From Octopus sinensis (Eukaryota): a stretch of DNA of 64,000 nt. The DNA lies in the NCBI RefSeq assembly GCF_006345805.1, contig NC_043011.1, positions 31,818,464 to 31,882,463 on the forward strand, in the 5' to 3' direction. Made by a program: the position numbers and the translations under genes. The notes under the pieces were generated by a model, which had not been told where the DNA came from, ran no database searches, and worked only from the letters and a program-made list of their open reading frames with translations. Of this stretch, positions 1 through 13,386 are shown piece after piece (position 1 is the first letter of the stretch; every line of letters begins with the position of its first letter).

Positions 1-529
1 TGTGTGTGTGTGTATGTAAACGTGAAAGTGCATGGTTCGGTGGTTTGAGCATCGAGCTTACAATCATGTGGTTGTGAGTTCAATTCCATGACCAGGCTGT
101 GTGTTGTGTTCTTGAGCAAGACACTTTATTTCATGTTGGTCCAATTACTCAGTTGTAGAAATGAGTTGTGACATCACTGGTGCCAAGCTGTATTAGCCTT
201 TGCCTTTCCTTTGGATAACATTGATGGTGTGTAGAGAGGAAGCTGGTATGCATAGGTGACTGCTGATATTCTATAAACAACTTTGCCTAGACTTGTGCCT
301 TGGAGGGGAACTTTCTAGGCGTAATCCCATAGTTTTTTGTAGTGTAATGTGCGTGTGTTGTGTTTCCCTCTGGCAAAAAAATGTACTGTTTTCAAAGCAG
401 GTTAAATGTTCTTGTCAGCCATCCCAAATCAGAAAAATCATTAGTGTCCAAACAGCCACTGCCAATCATCTCATTCTGACCTCAAATAGACCCAATGGAG
501 GGCCAGACATCCTACTCAGGAGCAGTGTA

Positions 530-1300
530 GGTAGATAAGCTGGTGAAATTTATGAAAATAGGGACAGCACCTGGTCCATCAGTAATTACTTCTGAGATGC
601 TTAAAATTTCTGGTGATGTAAGATATGGGCTGGTCACTTGCATTGTAAGTCAAGTAAATCATATGGTGTAGTAGCAGCATCATTAACTGCTACAATGACA
701 AAGGCAATGAGTTTGAGAAGGGAAACCACAGAAGCATTTAAATATTAGACCAGGTTATGAAGGTTACTAAAAAAGTAATAGCACAAATGATTAGGAAGAG
801 TATTAACTTAGATACTATACAGCTTAGAAGAAATAGTACTGATACCACCTTCCTAATGAGACGGCTGTAGGAGAAGTGTCTAATCAGGAATAAGCCCTTA
901 AACCTGGCTTTTGTTGACAGAGAAGGCCTTTGATGGGGTAGTCTGCTCTGTGATCTGACAGTCACTAAAGAAGAATGGCTTATGAGAGCTGTGTAAGCCA
1001 TGTGCAGAGATGGAGTTAATAAGTTGAAGGTTAAGGAATTCAGTGAAAAGGTGGGAGTAAACCAGGGCTCAATCCTCAGTCTCCTTCTGTTTATGTTAAT
1101 CCTCCAAGACTTAGTAGAAGAGTTTGGGTTTGAAACTGACTGTCCATGAGAACTTCTTTACGCTGAATCTGTAGAGGAATTAAAAAGAAGTTCCAGATAT
1201 GGAGACAAAACCTGGAATTGAGGGGCCTGAGAGTGAGTTTAACAAAGACTAAGGTATTAATGAATAGGAAAGAAGACAGAAGCTTGCTTCCATCAGAAGG
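530..1300 (+). mobile_element. Decayed RTE-clade LINE reverse transcriptase fragment
   Basis: Frameshifted RT motifs in order: KIGTAPGPSVITSEMLK, LDQVMKV, NKPLNLAFVD..KAFD, VGVNQGSILSLLLF, CP*ELLYA. Multiple stops. Confidence 0.85.
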
Positions 1301-1534
1301 CTTCAATGATGAATAATTTTTTCAAGAATGAATAACAAATTATTTTGTCCTGGTAGTGATGAGAGAGACGTATGATTTGTGGGTGGATGAGAGGGGGAGT
1401 GACTGGAATATCCATTGCTTTGAGATAGGTGTAAATACTCAAGTGAACATGACTGAGATGGCAGGGGAGTGAGAGAAGTCTCTGTGGTTCAGGGGAAAGA
1501 AGCTCAGGATGTGTGAGAGAAAAGAAATAAAAGT

Positions 1535-1990
1535 ATGCTGACATAGCATTTATTCCCAGAAGAAACATCAGATGTATTTTGAAAGCTTTGAAGCCTACTA
1601 TTGATTTCCTTTGCAAGAAATAAAAGTCTTAACAGCTGTGCACTTCTGGAAAAGCTCAGTTTCATCAACACACACACTTATTCTGGTCTATAGTCTTTGT
1701 CAGCAATCACTTTCTTCAGTTTCTCAGGGTAATTTGTGGCAGCTTCAGTAACAGCATTAGCAGCTTAACCTGTCATTTTAATATCATGCGAAATAAAGTG
1801 CCTTTTAAATCTTTCAAAGCAGCCTTTAAGAACCAGTAAAGGACAATTTTTTTCCTTTCATCAAATTATCTCTTGAATGGCCATTGTGTTCATTATTAGA
1901 TTTCATCCAGTTTGGTCCTTGATCCACTCAAGAGCTCTTCTATATTCAGCATGGTAACAGATATTTGAATAAAAAACAATGAATGACTGG
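1535..1990 (-). mobile_element. Tigger/pogo transposase remnant
   Basis: Minus strand gives FERFKRHF..IKMTG*AANAVTEAATNYPEKLKKVIADKDYRPE, then VDETELFQK..KTFI and GFKAFKIHLMFLLGINA. These match Tigger GEAASAD / NxDETGLFWK / GFKAxKDRLTLLLGGNA. Confidence 0.8.
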
Positions 1991-2084
1991 GTACTTAACA
2001 GTATATCAACTTGAATTAATTGTTTTTTTTTATTGTTTATTGTTTTATTGTTTATATTGTTTCAACTATTAACATTACAAACAT

Positions 2085-2505
2085 TAACCCTTTAACATTT
2101 AAACTGTCCATATCCAGACCAAAATATTCTGTTTTATGTTGAAGCTGACCAGGTCTGGCCTCTCACACCTAATCTACAATGTCATTCAAAAAAATAAACA
2201 ATCCCATCACCAAAATCTCAAATCTACAAGATAATGCAGGGTTAATTCGAAACAACGTCTATAAATAAGCATTACATACAACAAAGTAATTTGAATGCTT
2301 GACCATATCCAGACCAAAATATTCTACCTATTTTATGTTCAAACTGACCAGATACAACCTCTCTTACAAAACCTACAAAACAATTCCTCATACAAAACAA
2401 TTACCTAATTGAAATCTCAAAGGCAGAAGATAAAGTAGGGTTAATTCAAAACAATGTGAATAAATAAACATTAAATTTGATAGAATATTCTGAATGCTAA
2501 AAGGT
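2085..2505. mobile_element. piggyBac-like MITE family, two partial tandem copies
   Basis: Starts TTAACCCTTTAACATTTAAAC; internal sequence is repeated at about 2300-2500; same family as the intact TTAA-flanked copy at 38586-38806. Confidence 0.6.
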
Positions 2506-2794
2506 AATGTTTTGGTAATATGGCAGAATTTCTTTTCATCTGTATCTTTGAAAGACATGTTTATTGTGCAGCGTAAACTCTTTATCTTCTTTGTACTACT
2601 AATTTCACTTCCATTTACTGACTTGAATAAGAGTGATGTATTACACTGTATGTGTTTGTTGTAAATACAACAGCAGCAATTTATAAACAAGATAATCACA
2701 CCACGTATTTAAAATAACAGCTGAAGAAATAAGGGATCATTGCCTAAAAGTAGTCATCTTATTATTTTAGATGCAATACTTTTTTTGGGGAGTT

Positions 2795-3527
2795 GATAAA
2801 ATGAGAACCTGTTGAGCCCTGGAGTTGATTTTACTGGGGTAAAACAAGAACCAGTTGAGTCCTGGGGTTGATTTTACTGGGGTAAAATAAGAACCAGTTG
2901 AACCCTGGGGTAAAACAAGAACCAGTTGAGCCTTGAGGTTGATTTTACTGGGGTAAAATAAGAACCAGTTGAACCCTGGGGTAAAATAAGAACCAGTTGA
3001 GCCCTGAGTTTGATTTTACTGGGGTAAAATAAGAACCAGTTGAGCCTTGGGGTTGATTTTACTGGGGTAAAACAAGAACCAGTTGAGCCCTGAAGTTAGT
3101 TTTATTGGGGTAAAATAATAACAAGTTGAGCCCTGAGGTTGATTTTACTGGGGTAAAATAAGAACCAGTTGAGGCCTGGGGTTGATTTTACTGGGGTAAA
3201 ATAAGAACCAGTTGAGCCCTGAGGTTAGTTTTACTGGGGTAAAATAAGAACCAGTTGAGCCCTGGGGTTGGTTTTACTGGGGTAAAATAAGAACAAGTTG
3301 AGCCCTGGGGTTGATCTTACTGGGGTAAAAAAGAACCAGTTGAGCCCTGGGGTTCGTTTTATTGGGGTAAAATAAGAACCAGTTGAGCCCTGGGGTTGAT
3401 TTTACTGGGGTAAAAAAGAACCAGTTGAGCCCTGGAGTTCATTTTATTGGGGTAAAAAAAACCAGTTGAGCCCTGGGGTTGATTTTACTGGGGTAAAATA
3501 AGAACAAGTTGAGCCCCGGGATTTTAT
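2795..3527. repeat. 43-bp minisatellite (about 18 units, two 28-bp deletion variants)
   Basis: Consensus AAAATAAGAACCAGTTGAGCCCTGGGGTTGATTTTACTGGGGT repeated head to tail with no unique spacers. Confidence 0.95.
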
Positions 3528-4226
3528 TTGCCACAGATAAAAATCAAGCTTTGTACTTTAATAGAAAGGATTAATTTTGGATGCAAGAATGGAAAGAAAA
3601 AACAATGAAAGGAGTGGAAGGTGGTGCAAGATGGAAATGAGAGCATCAAAGGAGTGGAAGGTGTATACAAGAATGGAAACCAGAAAATGAAAAAAAATGA
3701 AGGAGTGGTAACAAAGTTGTACAATGTAAGAGAAACTACAGCATTGATTTAAGATAGTAACAAGATCCAGGTCAGTTGCATGTATACAAACAAGATGACA
3801 TATATAGTTAGGCGTGGACAAGAATGATGAGTTCAGTGTAGAACAAGGTCGGTTTAATTAGTGAACTCACCAACAAGGTAGGTGCAGAGAAGAGAGTGAA
3901 TAGGCGTTGGCAAGAATGTCGAAAGCTATTACATACCAAGTAGATGTGGAGGGGATGAGAGAGAAAATAGGTGCCAGCAAGAATGTGGAGAGCAGTGAAA
4001 AATATGAAAATGCCAATCGGAGTAGCTAAATAAATTTAGGAACTGAATTGTTTGGTTACAAACTACAAAAATGTTCAAAGTAGAGACAGATTAATGACAA
4101 AAGAAGCAACCAAGCATATTAAAGAGTCACCCCATATTTGTATATATATATATATATATATTATTTTTACATATTTTTTTTGTACGCTCACACACATGCT
4201 TACGGAGATTCTTTTTTCTCTTTTTT

Positions 4227-4311
4227 TTTTACTTGTTTCACACATTTGACTGTGGCCATGCTGGAGCACCGCCTTTTAGTCGAGCAAATCGACACACAAA
4301 CACACACACAC

Positions 4312-4363
<52 letters not shown>

Positions 4364-4526
4364 GACAGGCTTCTTTCAGTTTCTGTCTACCAAATCCACT
4401 CACAAGGCTTTGGTTGGCCTGAGGCTATAGTAGAAGACACTTTCCCAAGGTGCCACGCAGTGGGACTGAACCCGGAACCGTGTGGTTGGTAAGCAGGTTA
4501 CTTACCACACAGCCACTCCTGCGCCT
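4227..4526 (-). mobile_element. tRNA-derived CORE-type SINE (family A)
   Basis: Reverse of head GGCGCAGGAGTGGCTGTGTGGTAAG..GGTTCAGTCCCACTGCG (A/B box-like), CORE-like ACCTTGGGAAAGTGTCTT, internal (TA)n. More than 15 copies in the window. Confidence 0.85.
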
Positions 4527-6384
4527 ATATCTTAAGATCTTAACTTTAAAATTAACATTTACAGAATAAAATTAGTTGTCATACTTCACAATTTCCATAA
4601 GTCTGGAATTCCCTAACTAAGGTTCCTACAATGCAAAGGACACACACACACACACATTATGTTATATTAAAATTGTTTTCCTTTTTATGGATCTTCCTGT
4701 CATTAGACGACAGGTGAGGTTTCTGCAATTTCTTGTTGAACAACCACACAAATGATTTGTTTGGAGTGATCAAATGTTTTGTGTTGCACATAAGCTCACT
4801 GCTTCCATCAAAATCAACACTGCCTGTACAGGTGCACAACGTACCACATGTCAGATGTCACAAGCTTACACAACGTGCTGCATACCACAACATGTCACAT
4901 GTTGAAATGATTGCAGATCAATGTGAAATTAAGTGTTTTATTCAAGAACACAATGCACCATTCAATCTGGGAATTGAATATATAAGCTAACGACTGTGAG
5001 TGTAGCACCCTAACCACTGGGCCAAAGACCACACACCTTCACACACACATACATGTGTGTGTATATGTTGTTATTGCTCTGCTGTGTATCCTGCTCCAGC
5101 AATCATTTCTTTCAGCTGCTCAAGATAATTAGTGGTAGCTTTTGTTTCAAGTGCTTCTTAAAACTTTCAAACCTCCCTTTACTAATCAGAAAAGTCTTTT
5201 CATTAAAGGTTTTATGGTGTTTTTACTGAAAAATCATAATACAGCTATTTGGTAAAAAGCTTGCTTCCAAACCACATGGTTCCATATACTATATAGCCTT
5301 GGGCCAACCAGAGCCTTCTGAGTGGATTTGGTTGACGGAAACTGAAAGAAGCCCATTGTATGTATATATGTGTTTGTGTGTATGTATCTTTGTATCCGTG
5401 TTTGTCCCCCTGCCATCACTTGACAGCTGATGCTGTTGTGTTTATGTCCCCATAACTTAGCGGTTCGGCAGAAGAGACTGATGATAGAATAAGTACCAGG
5501 CTTACAAAGAATAAGTCCAGGGGTCGATTTCTTTGACTAAAAGGCGGTGCTCCAGTATGGCCCCAGTCATATGACTGAAACAAATAAAAAAATAAAAGAA
5601 AGAATACAAACTTTTGGCTTTTTAATTGCCCTTGTCCTTATCAGTACAATGTATCAAGTCTGATGCTTGATCTATACGCTCAAAAGCTGTCCTATTTTAA
5701 ACATTATGTTTGAGCAGTTAACAGAGTAACTTCTTGAGCAAGTGACTTAATTTAATCCCTACTATCAAGTATTGTTCTGACTGTAGATGTTCCAAACTTT
5801 AATGTTTCAGCAATGTGACCGATGTTTTCCTCTTGCATCAACCCTTTCTAAACCATCATGTTTAATATCCAATGGGGCACCTTGGGCAAGTGTCTTCTAA
5901 TATAGCCTCGGGCCGACCAAAGCCTTGTGAGTGGATTTGGTAGACGGAAACTGAAAGAAGCCTGTCGTATATATGTATATATATATGTATGTGTGTGTAT
6001 ATGTTGTGTATCTGTGTTTGTCCCCCCCCCCCCAACATCGTTTCACAACAGATGCTGGTGTGTTTATGTCCCCGCAACTTAGCTGTTCAGCAAAAGAGAC
6101 CGATAGAATAAGTACTAGGCTTACAAAGAATAAGTCCTGGGGTGTTGGGACTACTCATGTCTAGAAACCAGGGCTGGGGGTAAGCAAGGGCATGCACTCC
6201 GTAGAAAATCCAGCTCCAAAAAAAGCCTCATGATAGCAAAGGAGAATGGGCCCCAACCAGCCAGCCTTAAAGTTGGGGGTGAGCTGCACCTGCCTAGCTC
6301 GGTTGCTATGGCATTGAGGTATATCCGGCCACTCCCGTTAACGGGTACAAAACCCAGATTTAAAACACTGGATGATGATGATGA

Positions 6385-6830
6385 TGATCATCATCATTTT
6401 GCGTCTGCTTTCCATGCTGGCATGGGTACGGGTTAGACAGTTTGACTGGGATTACTAAACCATAGATCCATACCAAGTTCCATTCTGATATGGTACGGTT
6501 TCTGCAGCTGGATGCTTCTCCTAATGCCAACCACTCCAAGAGTGTTGTGGGTCCTTGTTATGTGCCACCAGTGCAGGTACTTTTATGTCCTAGTGGCACA
6601 AATGCTTTTACATACAACTGGCATGGGTGACCAGCACTGACCATGGCTACAATTTCACTCAGCTTGATGAGTCTTCTCAAGCACTGCATATCGTCAAAGG
6701 TCTTGATTACTTGTCTTCACCTCTATGAGGCCCAGCATTTGACAATCATGTTTCACCACTTCATCCCATGTCTTCCTGGGCTGGGTCTACCTCTTCCACA
6801 GGTTCCTTCCACAGTTAGAGATTGGCACTT
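6385..6830 (-). mobile_element. RTE LINE 3' end with (GAT)n tail
   Basis: Same 3' terminus as 52520-53790 (CCATGCCAGCATGGAAAGCAGACG + GAT repeats). Confidence 0.7.
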
Positions 6831-6913
6831 CTGTGTGTGTTTGTGTGCGTGCATGTGTGTGTGTGCATATATATGTATGTATATGTATGTATATGTGTAT
6901 GTGCGTATGTATG

Positions 6914-6944
<31 letters not shown>

Positions 6945-7026
6945 ATTGGATGTTAAATGATGATGATGATATGTAAATTTATATATATGGATGTTAAATG
7001 ATGATGATGATGATATATGTATATAT

Positions 7027-7082
<56 letters not shown>

Positions 7083-7194
7083 AAGAGAGTGAGAGGTACA
7101 CAGACAAACAGACACTTATTGTGGCCTGAAAAAATATATACAAACTCACTCACTGTGAGAAGCTCCAGACTACACTCCTTAAGCATTTAGTATT

Positions 7195-7270
<76 letters not shown>

Positions 7271-7328
7271 ACACACATACACACACACATACACACACAC
7301 ACACACACACACATACACACACATACAC

Positions 7329-7385
<57 letters not shown>
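7195..7385. repeat. Long (CA)n microsatellite inside a compound CA/TA/TG block (6830-7725)
   Basis: Direct reading. Confidence 0.95.
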
Positions 7386-7388
<3 letters not shown>

Positions 7389-7686
7389 AGCCATGCACAT
7401 ACACACATCAAAACCATATAATTCAAGTAGGATGCAAAGACCATGCATGTATCTTTTTTTCAATGTGGCTCCCATAAAAATGGAAGATCTGTGTAAAAAT
7501 CAGATTTGTTATGTGCACACACACACACACACACACACATATGCTTACAAACACACATACACACTCACTCATACACATATATGGATATATATATATATAT
7601 GTAAACATGTGTACAAATACATAACTATATGTCTTTGTGCTTTTGTGTATTTCATTCATCTGTTTAGAAAAGCAGAAATGCATTTA

Positions 7687-7725
<39 letters not shown>

Positions 7726-8022
7726 ATAAATTCATAAATAGTTTTTACATTTATTTCATTTTATTTTTTTCTTTGATCTGGAAACATCTGTCAATTTAAA
7801 AGATATGTTACTCATTTTATGAAGCATAAATAGCAATAAATAAATAAATAAATATATATATGTGTGTGTATGTGTGTGTGTTATGTATATAATGGCCTTC
7901 TTTCAATTTCCGTCTAACAAATCCACTCACAAGGTTTTGGTTGACACTTGCCCAAAGTGCCACACAATGGGACTGAACCCGGAACCATGTGGTTGGGAAG
8001 CAAGTGTCTTATCACACAGCCA

Positions 8023-8058
<36 letters not shown>

Positions 8059-8064
8059 GAAGCA

Positions 8065-8510
8065 AGTGAAATTGAAATCAAAATCAAATTCGATGACTGG
8101 CATCCGTGCAAGTGGAGTGCTAAGAGCACCATCCGAGCATGATCGTTGCCAGAGCAGCTGACTGGCTTCCATGCTGGTGGCACATAAAAAGCACCATTCG
8201 AGCGTGATCGCTACCAGTGTCACCTTACTGGCACTTGTGCCAGTGGTGCATGAAAAATATTCGAGCGAGATTGTTGCCAGTTCCCCTGGACTGGCTCCTG
8301 TGCAGGTGGCACATAAAAAGCACCATTTGAGCGTGGCTGACGCCAGTACTGCCTGACTGGCCCTTGTGCCGGTGGCATGTAAAAGCACACACTACACACT
8401 CTGAGTGGTTGATATTAGGAAGGGCATCCAGCTGTAGAAACTCTGCCAGATCAGTCAAATCGTCCAACCCATGCTAGCATGGAAAGCGGATGTTAAACGA
8501 TGATGATGAA
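8065..8510 (+). mobile_element. RTE LINE 3' UTR fragment with internal roughly 60-bp repeats
   Basis: Repeated GGTGGCACATAAAAAGCACCAT units, then GGAAGGGCATCCAGCTGTAGAAA..CCATGCTAGCATGGAAAGCGGATGTTAAACGATGATG. Confidence 0.75.
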
Positions 8511-8515
8511 TAATG

Positions 8516-8549
<34 letters not shown>

Positions 8550-9466
8550 TATATTTTGTTTGTTTCAATCATTAGACTGCAGCCATGGTGGGGCACTTGA
8601 AAAATTTTTAGTTGAATGACTCAGCTTCAATACCTATTTTTTGTTAAGGTGCTGGAGCACCACCTTTAGTCAAACAAATCGACCCCAGGACTTATTCTTT
8701 GTAAGCCTAGTACTTATTCTATTGGTCTCCTTTTGCCAAACCACTAAGTTACAGGGGATGTAAACACACCAGCATCAGTTGTCAAGTGATGTTGGTGGGA
8801 CACACACACACATATATATACATATATACGATGGGCTTCTTTCAGTTTCCATCTACCAAATCCACTCACAAGGCTTTGGTTTGCCCGAGGCTATAGTAGA
8901 AGACACTTGCCCAAGGTGCCACGCAGTGGGACTGAACCTGGAATCATGTGGTTGGTAAGCAAGCTACTTACCACACTGCAAGTTCTTTCTCATAATGTAT
9001 CTGCAGCTGGTATCCCAGGGTGAAAAGCATTCACACCTTGGCCTATACACTTAACCTGAGTAGAGCAGTGAGGACTAAATGACCCTTTACCTGTGACTTT
9101 TTGGCAACCATAATCACGTAGAACCTTAAGCTGGTCTTCCTTGTGGGTTTCTTCAGTTGTTTGGGGACCAAAATGATCTTCCACAAAAAATAATGTACAG
9201 ATCTTGTTGAGAAGACTGTGGCAGCTGGTTTCAATGGGAAATGAAGGCTGTATATCATCCTCAAGAATGTGTGTGTGTGTGAGAGTGTATATAAAGCATA
9301 GCCGTGTGGTTGAGAAGTTTGCTTCCCAGCCATATGGTCACAGGTTCAGTCCCTCTGTTTGGTACCTTGGACATGTGTCTTCTACTATAGCACTGGGCTG
9401 ACCAATATCTTGTGAATGGATTTGGTAGATGAAAACTCAAAGAAGCCTGTTGCATACATATGTGAG

Positions 9467-9517
<51 letters not shown>

Positions 9518-9778
9518 TTCCTTATCTTGACTTCACACAAGGATTGTATACAATCATCACCATTACAGAAGCGATGCTGTTTGTTTCCAAGCTTCCATGA
9601 CCATATGAAAACATTGCCTTCTTTACAAACAGGTGAGCATTGGTGACAGGAAGGGCACCCAGCCATAAAGAAATCTGCCACAACAAATTCTTTATCAGAT
9701 CCATGCAAGCATAGAAAAACAGACATTAATTGTTAATCATGCTGACAATGATGATAATGATGATGAAGAAGAAGCAGA

Positions 9779-9817
<39 letters not shown>

Positions 9818-10621
9818 CACACACACACCACACACACACACACACATTTGTCCATTTGTAGGAATAGGCTTTTACAGTTGGCTGGTAAAGCTAGAAAATT
9901 CTCAGTCATGCTGCACCTATTCAGACATTTTTAGAAGGACAAGGTGAATTTAATGCATTTCCATCAGAAACACACCCAAAGTTTTGTGCCCATTAAGATT
10001 CACTCAAATGCTTGTATCCTTATTCAATTGAATTACTTTTCCTCTTATCCTCCTCCTCATCTCTCTCTCTCTCTCACTCTCTCTCTCTCCCTCTCTCTCT
10101 CTCTCTCTCACTCTCTCTCCCTCTCTCTCTCTATATATATATAGGGGGCGGAGAATTCACAAAAAAACATAAGACGAAGACAGGTGGTGTGTAGACAACA
10201 AACAGATGTATTAGTATAACACTCAGGAAGTGAAAAAATCTTTAACGTTTCGAGCCTACGCTCTTCCACAGAAAGGAATACGGAAAGAAACAAGGAGAGA
10301 AAATAAAGAATGTGTAGTGGCTAGTGATCTATCATGACGTGGAACAAATAAAGTATTATTGGACGCTCAGGAAAGAAGGGAAGAACTCTCTTTTTACTCT
10401 TTTACTTGTTTCAGTCATTTGACTGCAGCCATGCTGGAGCACCGCATTTAGTCAAGCAAATTGACCCCAAGACTTATTCTTTGTCAGCCTAGTACTTATT
10501 CTATTGGCCTCTTTTGCTGAACTGCTCAATTACGGGGGCGCAAACACACCAGCATTGTTTGTCAAGCGATGTTGGCAGGACAAACACAGACACACGAACA
10601 CACACACATATATATACATAT

Positions 10622-11405
10622 GAAGCTTCTGAACAAATTTAAGCATCCCCTCCAACTGAATATGCTTTTGTTTTACCAAGATGAGAAGAATTTCTGCCAG
10701 GATTAGATGGTGAACACACAGAACAACCATAGGCTCATCATGTCCCCAAAACATGTACTACGAGTGATAAAAATCAAACATCCAGTCAACATCATGGTAT
10801 TTGGAGTAGTCACTAATGATGGTGATGTTATGCCTCCATCTTCCCACACAGCCTCAGACATAATATGGAGGCCTACATCAAGTGCCTGGAGGAGGTATTG
10901 CTGGACTAGATCAAGAGGTGGCTGCTGGAAGACCCTATATCTGGTAGCAGGACTCTGCACCATGCCATACCTTTATGCAGTTTCCATCTGCCAAATCCAC
11001 TCACATACAAGCAGGAGAAACCAGTATGGCTGTCAGACAATTCCTGTGACCACATCACCCCTAACATCTGGCCACATAACTCCCTAGACTGTAATCCCCT
11101 TGATTATTATGTGTGGGGCACAGTTGAGCTAGAGACCAACAAAACTCCTTGCAACACAAAAGATGAACTGAAGGCAAGGATTATTGCAGCATTCACCAAC
11201 TTGAAAAAGGAGACTGTCCAGAAGAGTCGCAGGAGGTTCTAAAGTCATTTGAAGGACGTGGTTGAAGCCATTGGGTGATTTTAAACATAAATTTACTCTT
11301 TAGTATTTCAAGATATTTTTATATAATTTTGCTAAATATATCTATTAAAATGAGATGTCAGTGTTATTTTCATTTTTATAGATGACAGTTTATTCACTGC
11401 ACCCT
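10622..11405 (+). mobile_element. Tc1/mariner superfamily (maT/DD37D-like) transposase remnant
   Basis: QDEKNF..NTQNN, KHPVNIMVFGVVTNDGDVMPP, QDSAPCH, WPHNSLDCNPLDYYVWG, with frameshifts and stops. Confidence 0.85.
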
Positions 11406-11726
11406 CTCTCTATATAAATACATACATACATACATACATTTGAAAATTACCATTTTCAAATCTCACAAAGTGAGATATTCAGCAACAGCACTTTGTAGTA
11501 AAGATTATTTGCCAACATAACATGGCAGTCCTGGTTTAGGACTAATGTTGCTGTAATTTAGCCCCAGGAGACATCGTCTTCAGCTGGCTATACGATATGA
11601 TCTGTGTCCTTATACTTTCGAACAAGGGAATCAAGCATCTCCACTCAGCTCAAAACAATATCTTCGTATTTTTTGTTGTACATGTTTCATGATGTCCTGT
11701 GGCCACATGCACACACACACACACAT

Positions 11727-11772
<46 letters not shown>

Positions 11773-11773
<1 letters not shown>

Positions 11774-12170
11774 GGCATGGCTGTGTGGTAAGAAGCTTGC
11801 TTCCTAACCACATGGTTCTGGGTTCAGTCCCACTGCATGGCACCCTGGGCAAGTGTCTTCTACCATAGCCTCAGGCTGACCAAAGCCTTGTGAGTGGATT
11901 TGGTAGATGGTAGCTGGAAAAAGCCCATTGTATATATATGTATATATTTGTGTGTGTGTGTGTATGGTTGTTTGTCCCTCCAACATCGCTTGACAACCGA
12001 TGTTGGTGTGTTTACATCCTTGTAACTTAGCAGGTCAGCAAAAGAGAGCGATAGAATAAGTACTAGGCTTACAAAAAATAAGTCCTGGGATCGATTTCTT
12101 TGACTAACACCCTTTAAGGTGGTGGTCCAGCATGGCCACAGTCAATTGACTGAAACAAATAAAAGAATAT
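11773..12170 (+). mobile_element. SINE family A copy
   Basis: Head, CORE-like segment, microsatellite, tail GACTGAAACAAATAAAAG. Confidence 0.85.
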
Positions 12171-12342
12171 AAGAATAAAAGAATATAAGAATAAAAGAAT
12201 ATATATATATATATACCGGAGTGAGCACATAAATGTGAAACAAGGTGTCCGACGAATGGGAATGTGAAACTCTGAGTAACAGGTTTTGTTATATTTCTGC
12301 TGCTTTTAAATAAAGTATATATATGTATATATATATATATAT

Positions 12343-12890
12343 GGGACACAAAACTCTACTTGTGAAGACGTGTTGAGGCAAGTGAGGATCAGAATCGAAA
12401 TCGATCAATGGAAATTGCGGATGTGCTACCAGTGCCGGTGGCATGTCGAAACTCTGCTTGTGAAGACCCATTGAGGCAAGTGAGGATCAGAATCGAAATC
12501 GATCAATGGAAATCGATCAATGGAAATTGCAGATGTGTTACCAGTGCCGGTGGCATGTAAGAGAACTTTCCGTTTCGCGACCGTTGCCAGCACCGCCCCG
12601 TTTCGTGTCCGTTGCCAGCCTCGCCTGGCCCTCGTGCCGGTGGCACATAAAAAGCACCATCTGTTCGTGGCCGTTTGCCAGCTCTGTCTGGCACCAGTGC
12701 GGGTGGCACGTAAAAAGCACCCACTACACTCACGGAGTGGTTGGCGTTAGGAAGGGCATCCAGCCGTAGAAACAGTGCCAGATTTGACTGGGCCTGATGA
12801 AGCCTTCTGGCTTCACAGACCCCAGTAGAACCGTCCAACCCATGCTAGCATGGAAAACGGACGCTAAATGATGATGATGATGATGATGAT
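12343..12890 (+). mobile_element. RTE LINE 3' UTR fragment (CpG-retaining, young)
   Basis: Internal tandem duplication of about 100 bp (12350/12449) and a (GAT)n tail. Confidence 0.75.
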
Positions 12891-13386
12891 ATATATATAT
12901 ATATACAAATAGATGTGTGTATTTTTCCCTTGTTAACAGTTAACACGGAAAAAATAGATAAATAGTTTGCCAAAACAGGCAATGTAGTTTGGTATGGTGC
13001 CTGGCCTTGACAGTTCCTGCCAAACCATCCAATTCATGCCAACATCAAAAACAGACATTAAATGACGATGACAATGATGATGATGTCAGAATGCCATGCC
13101 TTCATGAGCATTCCTTAGAATCATGATCTCTTTAGTTTCCTTCAGGGTTGGGTTGAACACTGACACCAACCCTAGAGCATGAATAGTGACGTCTACACCT
13201 TAAATGTGCTTCCGCTCAGTGCTAAAAGCACAAAAATGATAATCCATTATGTCACACCTCACTATGAGGAGGACTACTGAAAAAGCCAAAAATATCAGCC
13301 CATCCTTTGCCATTCATTAAGTTAAGGAAGACCTGGTCAAGCTTGACTGAGTTATTAGGATGGCTGACTCAATATTTAACCTAGTT

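Noticed and set aside
1620-1670. Hammerhead-like UUGAUGA..CAGCUGUU on minus
   Set aside because: Better explained as the Tigger VDETELF codons; no GAAA or stems.
2795-3527. CRISPR-like regular array
   Set aside because: Units are contiguous with no unique spacers, there are no cas genes, and the context is eukaryotic.
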